IMG/VR virus record: IMGVR_UViG_3300020201_000015
Location: 25,370 to 89,369 of that record
From: a virus
Reading direction: 5' to 3' (one strand)
Length of the DNA stretch: 64,000 nucleotides
The stretch's first letter is position 1; every line of letters begins with the position of its first letter. The translations under genes and the position numbers were made by a program. Below are positions 46,379 through 55,878 of the stretch, one piece after another. The notes beneath the pieces are model-generated. The model searched no databases. It saw only the letters and a list, made by a program, of their open reading frames with translations, and was not told where the DNA came from.

Positions 46379-46812
46379 CAGACGCGCGCCTCGGGCTCAG
46401 CGGCGACGGCGACCGCTGCATCGGCGGTAGCAGCCTCGGCTCGGTCAGCCTCGGTCGCGAGGCCGAAGCGCTCGCGCCATTCCCGGCTATTCGATGCGGC
46501 GTGCTCTTCGACGCGCGCGCGCGCGCCCTTCGGCGGAGGCGCTTCCTCGGGCGGGAGCAGGGCAAAAAGCGTGGTCCCGCAACCGAACATCGTCGCCCAA
46601 TCGGTGGCATCTTCGGGCGAGAACGCCAGCCCTTCCTCGCCTGCCCTAAGTACAGCCGCAGCATGCGGCAACCAAAGCTCCGCGGCCGGAAGGCCGTCCA
46701 CGATGCGCGGCCGAAAGGCGTATTCGTACGCGCTCACGCCCGGCGGCAGTAGCCCCGTGCCGTCAGGTGCTACCGCATCCGCCCGCTCGCGTTCGATGTA
46801 ATAGTAATTCAC
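46378..46812 (-). CDS. hypothetical protein downstream of the tail fibre
   Basis: GTGA-coupled ORF. Confidence 0.45.
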   Translation of the reverse strand: MNYYYIERERADAVAPDGTGLLPPGVSAYEYAFRPRIVDGLPAAELWLPHAAAVLRAGEEGLAFSPEDATDWATMFGCGTTLFALLPPEEAPPPKGARARVEEHAASNSREWRERFGLATEADRAEAATADAAVAVAAEPEARV

Positions 46813-48998
46813 AGGCTCACCCTTGCAATTCCGCGGAGACCGCACTTGATTCCGCCACCATTGCCCACCGAAATCGTTATCACTAGCCCCGCGTCCGAGC
46901 GGGTAATATCCGTGTCAATCACGGCAATCGTACCTTTCGGAGGGCTTTCCACCCTTGTCAAGTTGCGGCTATTGACCGTGGTCGCATCGGCCGTCCAATC
47001 AAATGCAACCTCGAATTGCTTGTCATTCGCAAACCCGTTGCTGGCTGCCATCGAGCCAACGAAGCGACCTGACGAATTGGCAGGCACCGTAAGGATAAAC
47101 ACCGCGAGAATGGTTGCATCGGGTGGCGTAACCGTCGGAGGGTGACGCATGATTTGGGCGATTGGCGACCCGATGTTTACGGTATCGCTCAGCAGCTCGA
47201 CCAACGTGGCCGTGACCCTGACGCGGTCTGCACTATTATGTTGCAGTGCCAGCGATGCGGCGGGCGGGACGTTGAGCTTGCAGCCTCCCCCAGGGTCAGA
47301 TAAGAACGCCAACCCTGCATTCGCGTCGTAGAGAAGGACGCAATTTGTGCCGTTGGCATCCGCGACCAGGCGGAGATGAGCTAACCCGATCTGCGCGCCG
47401 GAGGTGTTGCCGGCGCGTATGTCGATGCCGAAATTGCAATCGATCGTCATGGCCCCGGTGCCATTGATATCGACGAGGCCGCCGTTCAGCTCGATCTCGG
47501 TCGTAGAACCAAGAGTCAGCTTCGTGTTTGCCGTGACCACCGTGCTCGTCGCGGTGCATGCGTACGTCCCCACGTAGACATCGCTGCAAGCGGCGTTATC
47601 CCATAGCGAAGTGAATGCGAGGTTGTCATCTACGTCGTAACAGCGGAGCCTGCCATTGACACCGCTGGCGTCGATCCTAGCTCGCGCGCCGTTCGCAATA
47701 ATGTCAATTCCGTCCGCGCCTAGCGCTACTTCCTTGTCATTACCATCCGCGCGAAGGCGCGTCAGACCGGTGTTGCTCGTGATAATTGCGCCGGCAAGGC
47801 CCTCGCAATTCAACGTCGTTTGGGCGATGAAACCAATTGAGTTGTCGGCCGCCGCGTTGATCGCGCCGGGTGTGGTGATTGCGACGGTATTCCCGGCAGT
47901 GTCGACGGTCGTGGTGCCGGTGGTGATACTCGACCCGCCTCCGCCCGCGCCCGGAAGCCACACGTCCCACACCCCCGCGGTCGTGCAGCGAAGCAGGCAG
48001 GATTGCAGCCCGTTCGTCAGGCTAACCGCCAGGGCCAGCGAGTCGCCGCCAGCCGCTGCAATGGCAGCCGTGCCGCTCGCTGTAGGCCGGAAGAATTGCG
48101 CCTCGGCGCCAAATACAGCCGCGGGCAGAGTGATCGTCGTCACGGCTGAGCCGACGCGGTGGTACCTGTTCAGGGTCGCCGTGGACGACGCCGCGGTCAG
48201 CTCGACGATGGCGACGCATTGGGCGAGCGTGCCAAGCGTGACCTCCGTGCCTGCTGTCAGAATCGCACTCGGAACGCCGATGTTGACATTAGTCGCACGC
48301 AAACCGATATTGGCAGTTGGACCGGTCCCACCACCGATATTGATTGCCGCGGCGATTTCGCCGTCGCCGTCGCTCGTTCCGATGTTGACCGAGCCCGCCG
48401 TGGTGACGCCTAACCTCAAGTCCGAGTCTGCAAATAGCGTCGTGCGCCCCGCGCTCTCCATGTAGAGGTCGGAGACCGACAGGAAGGTCAGGTCACCCGG
48501 GCCCGTGATGCTGACGTTATTCGTGATGTTGGCGGGGATAACGCCGGCCGCTGCGTCAGCAAGAACGCGGACGCTGCTGTCAAACGAGCGAAGCCATCGC
48601 CTGTTGGCGCCACCGAACTGCGCGCCCTCGCGGATGCCGATTGAACTCACTCCAGTTGGAGAAAGCGCCGATAGCATCGTGCTCTCGTCAACGAACTTGC
48701 CGGCGACCACGACGCGCGGCGCGTACTTGCCCCATGGGGATACCGTGAAGGTGGGCGGGTCGTCGTTCCCGAGGACGTAGAACGAACCGTCGCCGTTACT
48801 GGTCCAGCCGGATGGCGTTGCGTAGTCGTGGGCGACTCGAAGCTCCCATCGCGTGGGCTCGAGTCCCGCCGCGTTGCCCCATCCTGCCTTGTTCGTGGCG
48901 GACAGCTGGATCACGGAACCAACGGCGCACGCGACACCGCCTTGCAGCGGCGCGCCGCCGCCTACGGAAACTGTCAGCGAAACAACAGGATCTGCCAT
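46809..48998 (-). CDS. tail fibre/spike-like protein
   Basis: 729 aa, Gly/Thr/Asn-rich beta repeats, downstream of baseplate genes, lower-GC distal part. Confidence 0.65.
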   Translation of the reverse strand: MADPVVSLTVSVGGGAPLQGGVACAVGSVIQLSATNKAGWGNAAGLEPTRWELRVAHDYATPSGWTSNGDGSFYVLGNDDPPTFTVSPWGKYAPRVVVAGKFVDESTMLSALSPTGVSSIGIREGAQFGGANRRWLRSFDSSVRVLADAAAGVIPANITNNVSITGPGDLTFLSVSDLYMESAGRTTLFADSDLRLGVTTAGSVNIGTSDGDGEIAAAINIGGGTGPTANIGLRATNVNIGVPSAILTAGTEVTLGTLAQCVAIVELTAASSTATLNRYHRVGSAVTTITLPAAVFGAEAQFFRPTASGTAAIAAAGGDSLALAVSLTNGLQSCLLRCTTAGVWDVWLPGAGGGGSSITTGTTTVDTAGNTVAITTPGAINAAADNSIGFIAQTTLNCEGLAGAIITSNTGLTRLRADGNDKEVALGADGIDIIANGARARIDASGVNGRLRCYDVDDNLAFTSLWDNAACSDVYVGTYACTATSTVVTANTKLTLGSTTEIELNGGLVDINGTGAMTIDCNFGIDIRAGNTSGAQIGLAHLRLVADANGTNCVLLYDANAGLAFLSDPGGGCKLNVPPAASLALQHNSADRVRVTATLVELLSDTVNIGSPIAQIMRHPPTVTPPDATILAVFILTVPANSSGRFVGSMAASNGFANDKQFEVAFDWTADATTVNSRNLTRVESPPKGTIAVIDTDITRSDAGLVITISVGNGGGIKCGLRGIARVSL

Positions 48999-49006
48999 TC
49001 GAACCC

Positions 49007-49780
49007 CTAAGTCTGGAACTCGTCGTGCGCCGTCTGCGTGACGGTCGTTCGGACGGATGAGATGTACAGGTCCGGCATAGCACCGATGCCGTATTCACCT
49101 TCGATGACGGCCCACCAAAGCTGGGTCCCGTCGAACGTCGGCGACGTGAACGTCGTCACCACGACGTCGTGCATGGCTCGATACGCGAGCATCGTGGCAC
49201 TGGGGTCGACAGAGGCCGTGCCGGCAGTAGCAGTTCCGTTGTCGCCACTGCCTCGACGCAGCGTCAGCTGCGGCATCGTCTGCGGGAGCGCGTCGTCGAA
49301 AGCATGCGCGCGACTCGCCGACAGAGTGATCGCGAGCTTGGTGATTACACACCCGACAGGCAACGGCAGTGGCACCCATCTGCGAGGCGTCGACGTCGGG
49401 GCCACATCAGCGATCGTCTGCACGAGGGCGGGCTGCTCTCGGCCAGTGAATACCGGATTGAGCAACCCGAGATCGATATCTCGGACTGCGAAGCCATACC
49501 CGGCGCTGGCGATGACGGAGTGCTCGCGCTCCACAGAATAACTGCCGTAGTTCACGCGCTGAGCGCTTGCTAGCTGCACGCCCATGACTTGGTCGAAGTG
49601 GCTCGGCCCTGTGATCTCGAGGCCTTGCGCGCCACCGATCTCGATCGACGAAGACGGCGCCCAAGCTCCACCGCGCTTCGAAAGAGCCTGGCTTTGCAGG
49701 TTGTCGAGCGCGCCCAACTCGTTCCAGAGCAAGGTGCCCGTCCAGGCGCCAGGCGCCCGCACTCTGTTGTTGTGGGCCAT
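49007..49780 (-). CDS. tail/baseplate protein (paralog of 53218 and 53955)
   Basis: GGAWAPSSSIEIGG N-terminal motif. Confidence 0.55.
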   Translation of the reverse strand: MAHNNRVRAPGAWTGTLLWNELGALDNLQSQALSKRGGAWAPSSSIEIGGAQGLEITGPSHFDQVMGVQLASAQRVNYGSYSVEREHSVIASAGYGFAVRDIDLGLLNPVFTGREQPALVQTIADVAPTSTPRRWVPLPLPVGCVITKLAITLSASRAHAFDDALPQTMPQLTLRRGSGDNGTATAGTASVDPSATMLAYRAMHDVVVTTFTSPTFDGTQLWWAVIEGEYGIGAMPDLYISSVRTTVTQTAHDEFQT

Positions 49781-49782
49781 GG

Positions 49783-50745
49783 CTAGTAGCTAACCGTCCC
49801 GATCGTCTGCGCTCCGAGCGGCGACGACTCGATGGTGAAGACCCCAGTAGCGCCGGCGACGCCGCCAACGATGCTCCACGTTGCCGTTGCGCGCATGCAT
49901 CGAGCCATGAACTCGTTTACCTTGCGCACGGCTGACGCGTTGGCTGCGGCCGCTTGGCTGAGCACGACGAGCGTGTGCCGCTTCGAAGAAGCCTGAGCCG
50001 CGTACGGCTGCACGGCGCCAATGGCTCCCTCGGAGTGAGCTGTCTCGAAATAAACAGCCGTGAACGTAGGGACGCCGTCCGCGTCCGTACCAATGCCAGT
50101 GACGGTAACAATCTCTGCGATGCCGAGCGTCTCTGGCTCAAGCACGAAAGATTCGCCGACCGCTAGTAGCCCTGACGCTTCGTCGCCAGTGTCGAGCAAC
50201 GACTGGTAGCGAACTGGCCCAGACGTGTCAGGAAACACTGGCTCCAGTAGCTTGAGCACCTTCCTGGCAATGCTCGGCAGTCTCATCAGCATTGGCGGGT
50301 CTGCAATCATCGTCGGGAACAGCACGACGTTGGCGACAGCTGTAGGGATCGTCGCGAGAAAGTCGGCGCCTAGAAGCATGCGAAGATTCGTCTCTACCAT
50401 GAACCGAGACGGCGCCTTCGGCACCTGCCTTCGCACTGCGTAGGCGACGCGTCGATCGATCACGTTGTCAGCTGGCCCTGGAGCGATGCCGTACGCACGC
50501 TCGATAGGCGGCAACAAGACGTCGATGGTGGCAGGGAGCGCCTGCCCTGCGGCGTGCTCGGCGGCGTACTTGGTTCTTGCCAGCATCATCGCGTTGGCAA
50601 AGCACCACGCGTCTGCTCGGGTGCCAGGTGAGGTGTCGTAGGCCTTCTTGAGGCTGGTGACCGCCGACTTGTAAATCCGCTCCGCGTACGATGTGGCGCC
50701 CGAGCATCCCCACATGCCCAAAGGGGTGAATGCGGAGAGCGACAT
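49783..50745 (-). CDS. baseplate wedge protein (Mu gp48-like)
   Basis: LLPPIERAYGI pattern; lies after baseplate J. Confidence 0.5.
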   Translation of the reverse strand: MSLSAFTPLGMWGCSGATSYAERIYKSAVTSLKKAYDTSPGTRADAWCFANAMMLARTKYAAEHAAGQALPATIDVLLPPIERAYGIAPGPADNVIDRRVAYAVRRQVPKAPSRFMVETNLRMLLGADFLATIPTAVANVVLFPTMIADPPMLMRLPSIARKVLKLLEPVFPDTSGPVRYQSLLDTGDEASGLLAVGESFVLEPETLGIAEIVTVTGIGTDADGVPTFTAVYFETAHSEGAIGAVQPYAAQASSKRHTLVVLSQAAAANASAVRKVNEFMARCMRATATWSIVGGVAGATGVFTIESSPLGAQTIGTVSY

Positions 50746-51263
50746 CAGTGGATGGCGATCGTGAAGCGCATGTCAGCCGCCACACCGTCGTCCAAAGTCC
50801 TGATGCGCACGCTTGTCACTGTCGGCGTTGACAGCTCGGCCGCGAGCACTCCGCTAAGCGCGCCCTTGTGGATCGAGATCATCGGATCGCACTCGACTGG
50901 CGGCAGTTTGCCCGCAGCCCATGTGATCGTCGTGTCGCCAGCGCCGTTGTCCGTCAGCGCAAAGTCACCAGGGACAAGTAGCTCGCTCATGGCGGTTAGC
51001 TTGGCGATGGACGGCGTACCGGCAGAGAAGGAGATGGTCATGCGAGCGGACGGGATCATCCTGCCCATGGCTGCGACCTGGGTTTGCAGCTGATTCAGCA
51101 GGTCGCCATAGGGGTACTTGGTCCCATCCTTGGGAGGCGGATAGTCGACGTCGTCTGCGAATCTAGCGCCGCCAACGTCCTCCACGGACGGGCGCGCAGC
51201 CGCGGACGTAACTACGCTTTCCACAATGACCGGGTCGAATGTAAAACGCGCTGCTGCGGCCAT
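50745..51263 (-). CDS. tail-associated hypothetical protein
   Basis: Coupled ORF in the baseplate cluster. Confidence 0.5.
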   Translation of the reverse strand: MAAAARFTFDPVIVESVVTSAAARPSVEDVGGARFADDVDYPPPKDGTKYPYGDLLNQLQTQVAAMGRMIPSARMTISFSAGTPSIAKLTAMSELLVPGDFALTDNGAGDTTITWAAGKLPPVECDPMISIHKGALSGVLAAELSTPTVTSVRIRTLDDGVAADMRFTIAIH

Positions 51264-52759
51264 TATGCCCCCGAGAACATCGACAGGTCGGAAAGCCTGT
51301 GCAGGTAGGAGAGCGTTCCTGTGGCCCCGATGGTGGTCGGGAATGGCAGGATCGGCAACAAGACCTCGACGTCTGAAACGATGGTTTCCAGCGCGAATAT
51401 CTCGTCGAGCATGCGGTTGGTGATGACGCTAGGCCACGACATTGGCGAGATCGGGTGGCGTTGCTCGCGACCGTTGGGGTCGTTCAGCGAGATGCGCTGC
51501 TCGCCCGGGCCCTGCTTGGCCATGTAGGCCAGCACCAGTGGCGAGATCTCGTTTGCGGAGTCGGCCCACGGCGACACGCGCTGCCCGTTGGCCGGCACGT
51601 AGACGGCGTCCGATGTGGGCGACGATGCGTCAAGCGTGAGGTCCCAGGAAAATACACCAAAGGCGACGACTCCGACGATGCGCTTGGCCACCATCGACAT
51701 CGTCGTCTTGTTCCACAGCGCGATCGTCTTGCCCACTGTTGGCGCGATGACGGCGCCGACTCGGGTCACTCGAAACGTCGTAGCTGTGATGGCTACGGCG
51801 TTGCTAACGGTTACCACGGCCGCGGCGCTTGGCGGCCATGGCGCGGAGTCGACCCAACCAGGCGCCGACCCTGCCCATTGGATGCGCAGCGTCACTGAGA
51901 CGTCGTGGTACGCGATGGACCCGAAGAGCGCGCCGTCGTCGATGGGCATCCCGTCGTCGTCCATGACCTTCGCCTCGATAACAGAAATCTGCGCGCCGTT
52001 TGGGTCGCGCGCGCCGCCAAGCGTGGACGGCTTGACTGTGAAAGCGACACCCACGGTGCCTGGACCAGCGACAGCTGGATAGACGAACGCCTTCTCGACG
52101 TTGACCGTGATGACGCTTTCGACAGCCTTCGCGTAGTGGGCCCAGTTCGCCGCCGCAGCAGGATTGGCTCGCGCGCTCTTGATTCGAGCGAGATAGGTAC
52201 CATCGTCCTCCTTGGGGCCGCCGCCTTGGATGCCGTCGCCGACGACGGTAACGGTCGAGCCGAGCCCAACTGGCGGGTTGGTGAATTGAAGCACGGCGCC
52301 AATGGGCAGATTGACTCCAGCGCCGGTGGAAATCGATGCGATCGCAAAGACAAGGTCCGTGCTGGTCAGGCTCTTGGTCACGAGCGCCTGGTATTTGGCG
52401 CGGGTCGCCAGATACTGGATCTCTGCGCCTTGGAGCACCGTGCCGCCGCCCACCGAAGCCGTCGCGCTGACGTAGCCCTGTGCCGTCGACTCTGGCAAGC
52501 GCGGCAGGCCGTCGGCTTCTCCGATGGCGTCCAGTTGCTCGCCCACCGAGTTGTCAATGTCGACGACTGAGCCGATGAGCTTGACGTCGTAGTAGACCGG
52601 CATCGCCATGTCGGCGGCCGCGCTCGCGTCAATCCACGGCTGCGTGCCTTGCGACACGTCTGCCTCGGGAAGGCGGAACTTGTAGTCGACCAGCCACTCG
52701 TTGCGGATCGTGTCCCGGCTCTTTGCGACGAACTTGCCGGCGAATTTGTCGACGGGCAT
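51263..52759 (-). CDS. baseplate J-like protein (Mu gp47)
   Basis: GEQLDAIG..GLPRL, GGGPKEDD..LARI, AFVYP..GPGTVGV. Confidence 0.85.
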   Translation of the reverse strand: MPVDKFAGKFVAKSRDTIRNEWLVDYKFRLPEADVSQGTQPWIDASAAADMAMPVYYDVKLIGSVVDIDNSVGEQLDAIGEADGLPRLPESTAQGYVSATASVGGGTVLQGAEIQYLATRAKYQALVTKSLTSTDLVFAIASISTGAGVNLPIGAVLQFTNPPVGLGSTVTVVGDGIQGGGPKEDDGTYLARIKSARANPAAAANWAHYAKAVESVITVNVEKAFVYPAVAGPGTVGVAFTVKPSTLGGARDPNGAQISVIEAKVMDDDGMPIDDGALFGSIAYHDVSVTLRIQWAGSAPGWVDSAPWPPSAAAVVTVSNAVAITATTFRVTRVGAVIAPTVGKTIALWNKTTMSMVAKRIVGVVAFGVFSWDLTLDASSPTSDAVYVPANGQRVSPWADSANEISPLVLAYMAKQGPGEQRISLNDPNGREQRHPISPMSWPSVITNRMLDEIFALETIVSDVEVLLPILPFPTTIGATGTLSYLHRLSDLSMFSGA

Positions 52760-52762
52760 GAT

Positions 52763-53221
52763 CTACCTGTTGGTGACCGAGCGGCGACGCTGGTCGCGCG
52801 AACCCGGTAGTCTGTTGTTGAAGTAGGAGACCGACACGAAGAGGCCGCCGCCAAGTGACGTGTCGTGATCGATGGCTTCGATGGTGACATCGCCTCGGGC
52901 CACGAGACTGGCCGTGGCACGTCGGACAGAGTCGCTCACTCGCGCGCCGAGTCGTTGCGGTTCGAGGTACTCGTTGCCCACCAGATCGTTGCCGACGTCT
53001 GGCGCAGATCCAACGGTGCCGAGCCCGACCATCAGCGCTATCTGCATGGCGGAGTCGACTGGATGGATCGCGACATGGCGACCGTCATCGTCGAGCGGGA
53101 AGTCTCGCGTCGAGCCGTCGAAGAATATGCCCGCAGCGCGTCGCAGTGCCACCTCTACGGGCGGCACGAGGTCGTCGGCGCCAGCGAGCCCTTCGCCGGC
53201 CAGGAGGTCCGTAATGCTCAC
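52763..53221 (-). CDS. baseplate wedge subunit (gp25/GPW/gp46-like)
   Basis: Size, position upstream of baseplate J, PDVGN motif. Confidence 0.55.
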   Translation of the reverse strand: MSITDLLAGEGLAGADDLVPPVEVALRRAAGIFFDGSTRDFPLDDDGRHVAIHPVDSAMQIALMVGLGTVGSAPDVGNDLVGNEYLEPQRLGARVSDSVRRATASLVARGDVTIEAIDHDTSLGGGLFVSVSYFNNRLPGSRDQRRRSVTNR

Positions 53222-53955
53222 AGGAGCCACTCGTCGTGCGTGCTCATGTCGACCGTCGCGCGCACCGACACGACGCGGAGCGAGTTGAGCGAGTTGACTC
53301 CGCTTTCGCCTTCAATGTGTGCCCAGAATCGCCTGTTTGCGGTGACAGCGTGCGAGCCAGCCCGGGTGACGTGGTGCCAGTCCTGATAGATCGCAGTGCT
53401 CGCCGACGAGTCAGTCGTCGTCGACGCAATAGCCGGCGTGATGCTGTCCGTGGTGTTGTTGATGGCGATGGAGATCTTTGGCATCGACGCCGGCAGCGCC
53501 GCGTGCGCCGCAGCCCCGCTAAGGGTCATGCGCAGCTCCGTTAGCGTAGACCCAAGAGGTAGAGACATCGGGATCCACAACTTGATCTGCGTCGTCGTCA
53601 ACTGCCGCCAATGCGGCCGCCAGTTCGACGTAGTTTGGAGCAGCCAGTCGTCTGGATCTTCTGGTGTGCCGCGCTCCACGTGACCAAACCTGGACAGTGT
53701 CCTGACGACCATGCTGAGAGGCGTGGCGGGAGTCAGCGTCATGCGTCGCACGTCGCTCGCGCGGAATGGCGCCGTGACCACGATGCCAGCGCCTCCGATT
53801 GCGATCTGCGTCTCAGCGGAGAAGGTCTCGCCGTCGTCGCCGTTGACGCCGGCGGCCGCGTTGCCGTCGAACGCTTCGGCTTCCCATGGCTCGACAGGAG
53901 TTGAGTTGCGCCAGAAGTCGTCCGGGCCTGGGTGGCGGATCCTGGGGTGGTGCAT
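53218..53955 (-). CDS. tail protein paralog
   Basis: NGDDG..IAIGGAG; C-terminus resembles 49007-49780 (HDEW/HDEF). Confidence 0.55.
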   Translation of the reverse strand: MHHPRIRHPGPDDFWRNSTPVEPWEAEAFDGNAAAGVNGDDGETFSAETQIAIGGAGIVVTAPFRASDVRRMTLTPATPLSMVVRTLSRFGHVERGTPEDPDDWLLQTTSNWRPHWRQLTTTQIKLWIPMSLPLGSTLTELRMTLSGAAAHAALPASMPKISIAINNTTDSITPAIASTTTDSSASTAIYQDWHHVTRAGSHAVTANRRFWAHIEGESGVNSLNSLRVVSVRATVDMSTHDEWLL

Positions 53956-54767
53956 CAGGTCAGGTGCGGGTCGAGAATGGTGACGAAGCCGGCGACGATG
54001 CAGCACTTCATCATTTGGCCGATGTGGGCGGTGATGTCGTCGGCGCCGCCTGCTGTGATGCCGTCCTCGGCGTGGATACGCATCGCGTAGCGGTAGTTAG
54101 CAGCATCCGTGACCACTGGCGCGACGGGGGTCACCACGACGTCGTGCGAGGCTATGTAAGCGGCATCCGTCGTGAATACGTCACGGGTCGAGGCAAGCAC
54201 TTCTGGCGCTGGCACAAGCAAGTTTCGCGGCATCCGGATCAACTCCACGAGCGAGCATTGGTCGGGCGGGTTCAGGTGAGTGACGCCGACGATCACTCCG
54301 AGGGTGACAGTGAGTGTCGAGATTACGAGGCCGCGCGGGACGGGGAACTCGAACACGAGCGGAGACCCAACCTTCATGCTGACCCAAACCGGCCGCACCC
54401 CAGGTTCGTCGGCGGTAAGAACCCATCCCGACGTGTCGGCGGGGTTGGGGAACGGACGCGATACGCCGTAGTGGTCGGGGATGAGCCTGGAGATGGCCTT
54501 GCCTGGCGCTTGCCAGGTGACAGTTGCGCCGTTGGTGAGGGTCAACGACTGCACGTTTTGCAGGTCGGCATTGCGCGCGATGCGCATGCCAGCGCCGCCG
54601 ACAACGAGGCGGGCCGTAGGGTTCCACCCGCCACCGGTGCCGGTGTTGCCGCCCGTGTCGCCGTTGATGGTCTTCTCAAGGTTCGAGTCGATGGTCTCGA
54701 GTTCGGCCGTGAGGAACGCCGAGCCGCGGAGGTAGCGGACGGCTCGGCCGCGAACGTGGGCGGGCAT
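53955..54767 (-). CDS. tail protein paralog
   Basis: INGDTGG..GGWNP..VVGGAG. Confidence 0.55.
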   Translation of the reverse strand: MPAHVRGRAVRYLRGSAFLTAELETIDSNLEKTINGDTGGNTGTGGGWNPTARLVVGGAGMRIARNADLQNVQSLTLTNGATVTWQAPGKAISRLIPDHYGVSRPFPNPADTSGWVLTADEPGVRPVWVSMKVGSPLVFEFPVPRGLVISTLTVTLGVIVGVTHLNPPDQCSLVELIRMPRNLLVPAPEVLASTRDVFTTDAAYIASHDVVVTPVAPVVTDAANYRYAMRIHAEDGITAGGADDITAHIGQMMKCCIVAGFVTILDPHLT

Positions 54768-54787
54768 CTAGGTGGCCTTTGCTGAGG

Positions 54788-55099
54788 TCAGAACGGACAT
54801 GTCAGCGACGGCAGCGTCGGGATCGAGGGCAATGAGAATCCTGGCAGTCCAGGTATCGCCAGCGAGATCTCTACGCTTGGAACAGGGAAACCTGGCACCG
54901 AAGGCAGAGCAGGTAGCGTCGGGATCGACGGCAGAGAGAAGCCTGGGATGCCCGGGATCGACAGCGAGATCTCGACCGACGGCACAGGGAATCCGGGCAC
55001 GCTCGGCAACGACGGGATCGACGGGATCGAAGGCAGAGAGAAGCCTGGGATGCCTGGGATCGCGATCGACAGCGTCGGGACGGTGAACCCGCACCCCAT
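54788..55099 (-). CDS. Pro-rich tandem-repeat protein
   Basis: 33-aa unit IPGIPGFSLPSIP..LPSVPGFPVPSVEISL repeated about 2.7 times. Confidence 0.6.
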   Translation of the reverse strand: MGCGFTVPTLSIAIPGIPGFSLPSIPSIPSLPSVPGFPVPSVEISLSIPGIPGFSLPSIPTLPALPSVPGFPVPSVEISLAIPGLPGFSLPSIPTLPSLTCPF

Positions 55100-55878
55100 C
55101 AGGATGCCGCAACCTTCGTTGTGATGCCGGCTGCCGCTGCCCCGCAGGCCGCAGCAGCCGTCGTGCATGCTGTTACGGTTGCTGGGATGGCGATGACCGG
55201 CGGAAGCGTAGAGAGGGCCGTAAACGCCGCTGCCATGGCACCCATAGCGGCCGCGTAGGGGATTCCCAGCGGCAACGGCTGCGCGCCTACGACGTCACCC
55301 AACACCGCGCCGCCGGCGAGGCTCAGCAGCCCCGAGATGGTGACCCCGTCGTTCTTGATCTGGACGAAGTTTGACGCGGTCTCCGCGTTGATCAGCACCG
55401 AGCCGTCAGGCAGGCACGCGATGCCGCCGCCCTTGAGGTGGCGGACCTGGATCTGCTCTTCGCCGTCGACTCCGGACATGGCGATGACCTGGCTCTTGTC
55501 CGTGCCGATAGGCTGGCGGAGCATCACGTTCTTGGCTTCCTCGTCGAGTAGCAGCCATGGGCCGGCGGAGTAGAGAACGGTCGCGCCCTTGGCGATCTCG
55601 GGGACCAACTTCACCAGTCGCGCGTCCGTCGTCGGCATCGAGAAGCCGTCACCGCTGTCGCCGTCGAAAGCGAATAGGCAGCTTGCCCCCGCCACGGGCG
55701 TCTTCGTCACCGGGTCGGTTGTCGGGTCCAGCGGACGCGACAGAATGCCAAGCGGCTGCACGGACGGCAGGCTTGCGCCGCTCTGTTGCGACTCGCCGTA
55801 GCGGTCCACTGCGACCTGGAGAACGCCGTCCACGAACTCGGAGAAGGCGGCGATCGAAAGATCGAGGTCGAAGCTCAT
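55099..55878 (-). CDS. baseplate spike (Mu gp45/gpV-like)
   Basis: QPLGILSRP and GATVLYS; downstream of the hub gene. Confidence 0.65.
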   Translation of the reverse strand: MSFDLDLSIAAFSEFVDGVLQVAVDRYGESQQSGASLPSVQPLGILSRPLDPTTDPVTKTPVAGASCLFAFDGDSGDGFSMPTTDARLVKLVPEIAKGATVLYSAGPWLLLDEEAKNVMLRQPIGTDKSQVIAMSGVDGEEQIQVRHLKGGGIACLPDGSVLINAETASNFVQIKNDGVTISGLLSLAGGAVLGDVVGAQPLPLGIPYAAAMGAMAAAFTALSTLPPVIAIPATVTACTTAAAACGAAAAGITTKVAAS

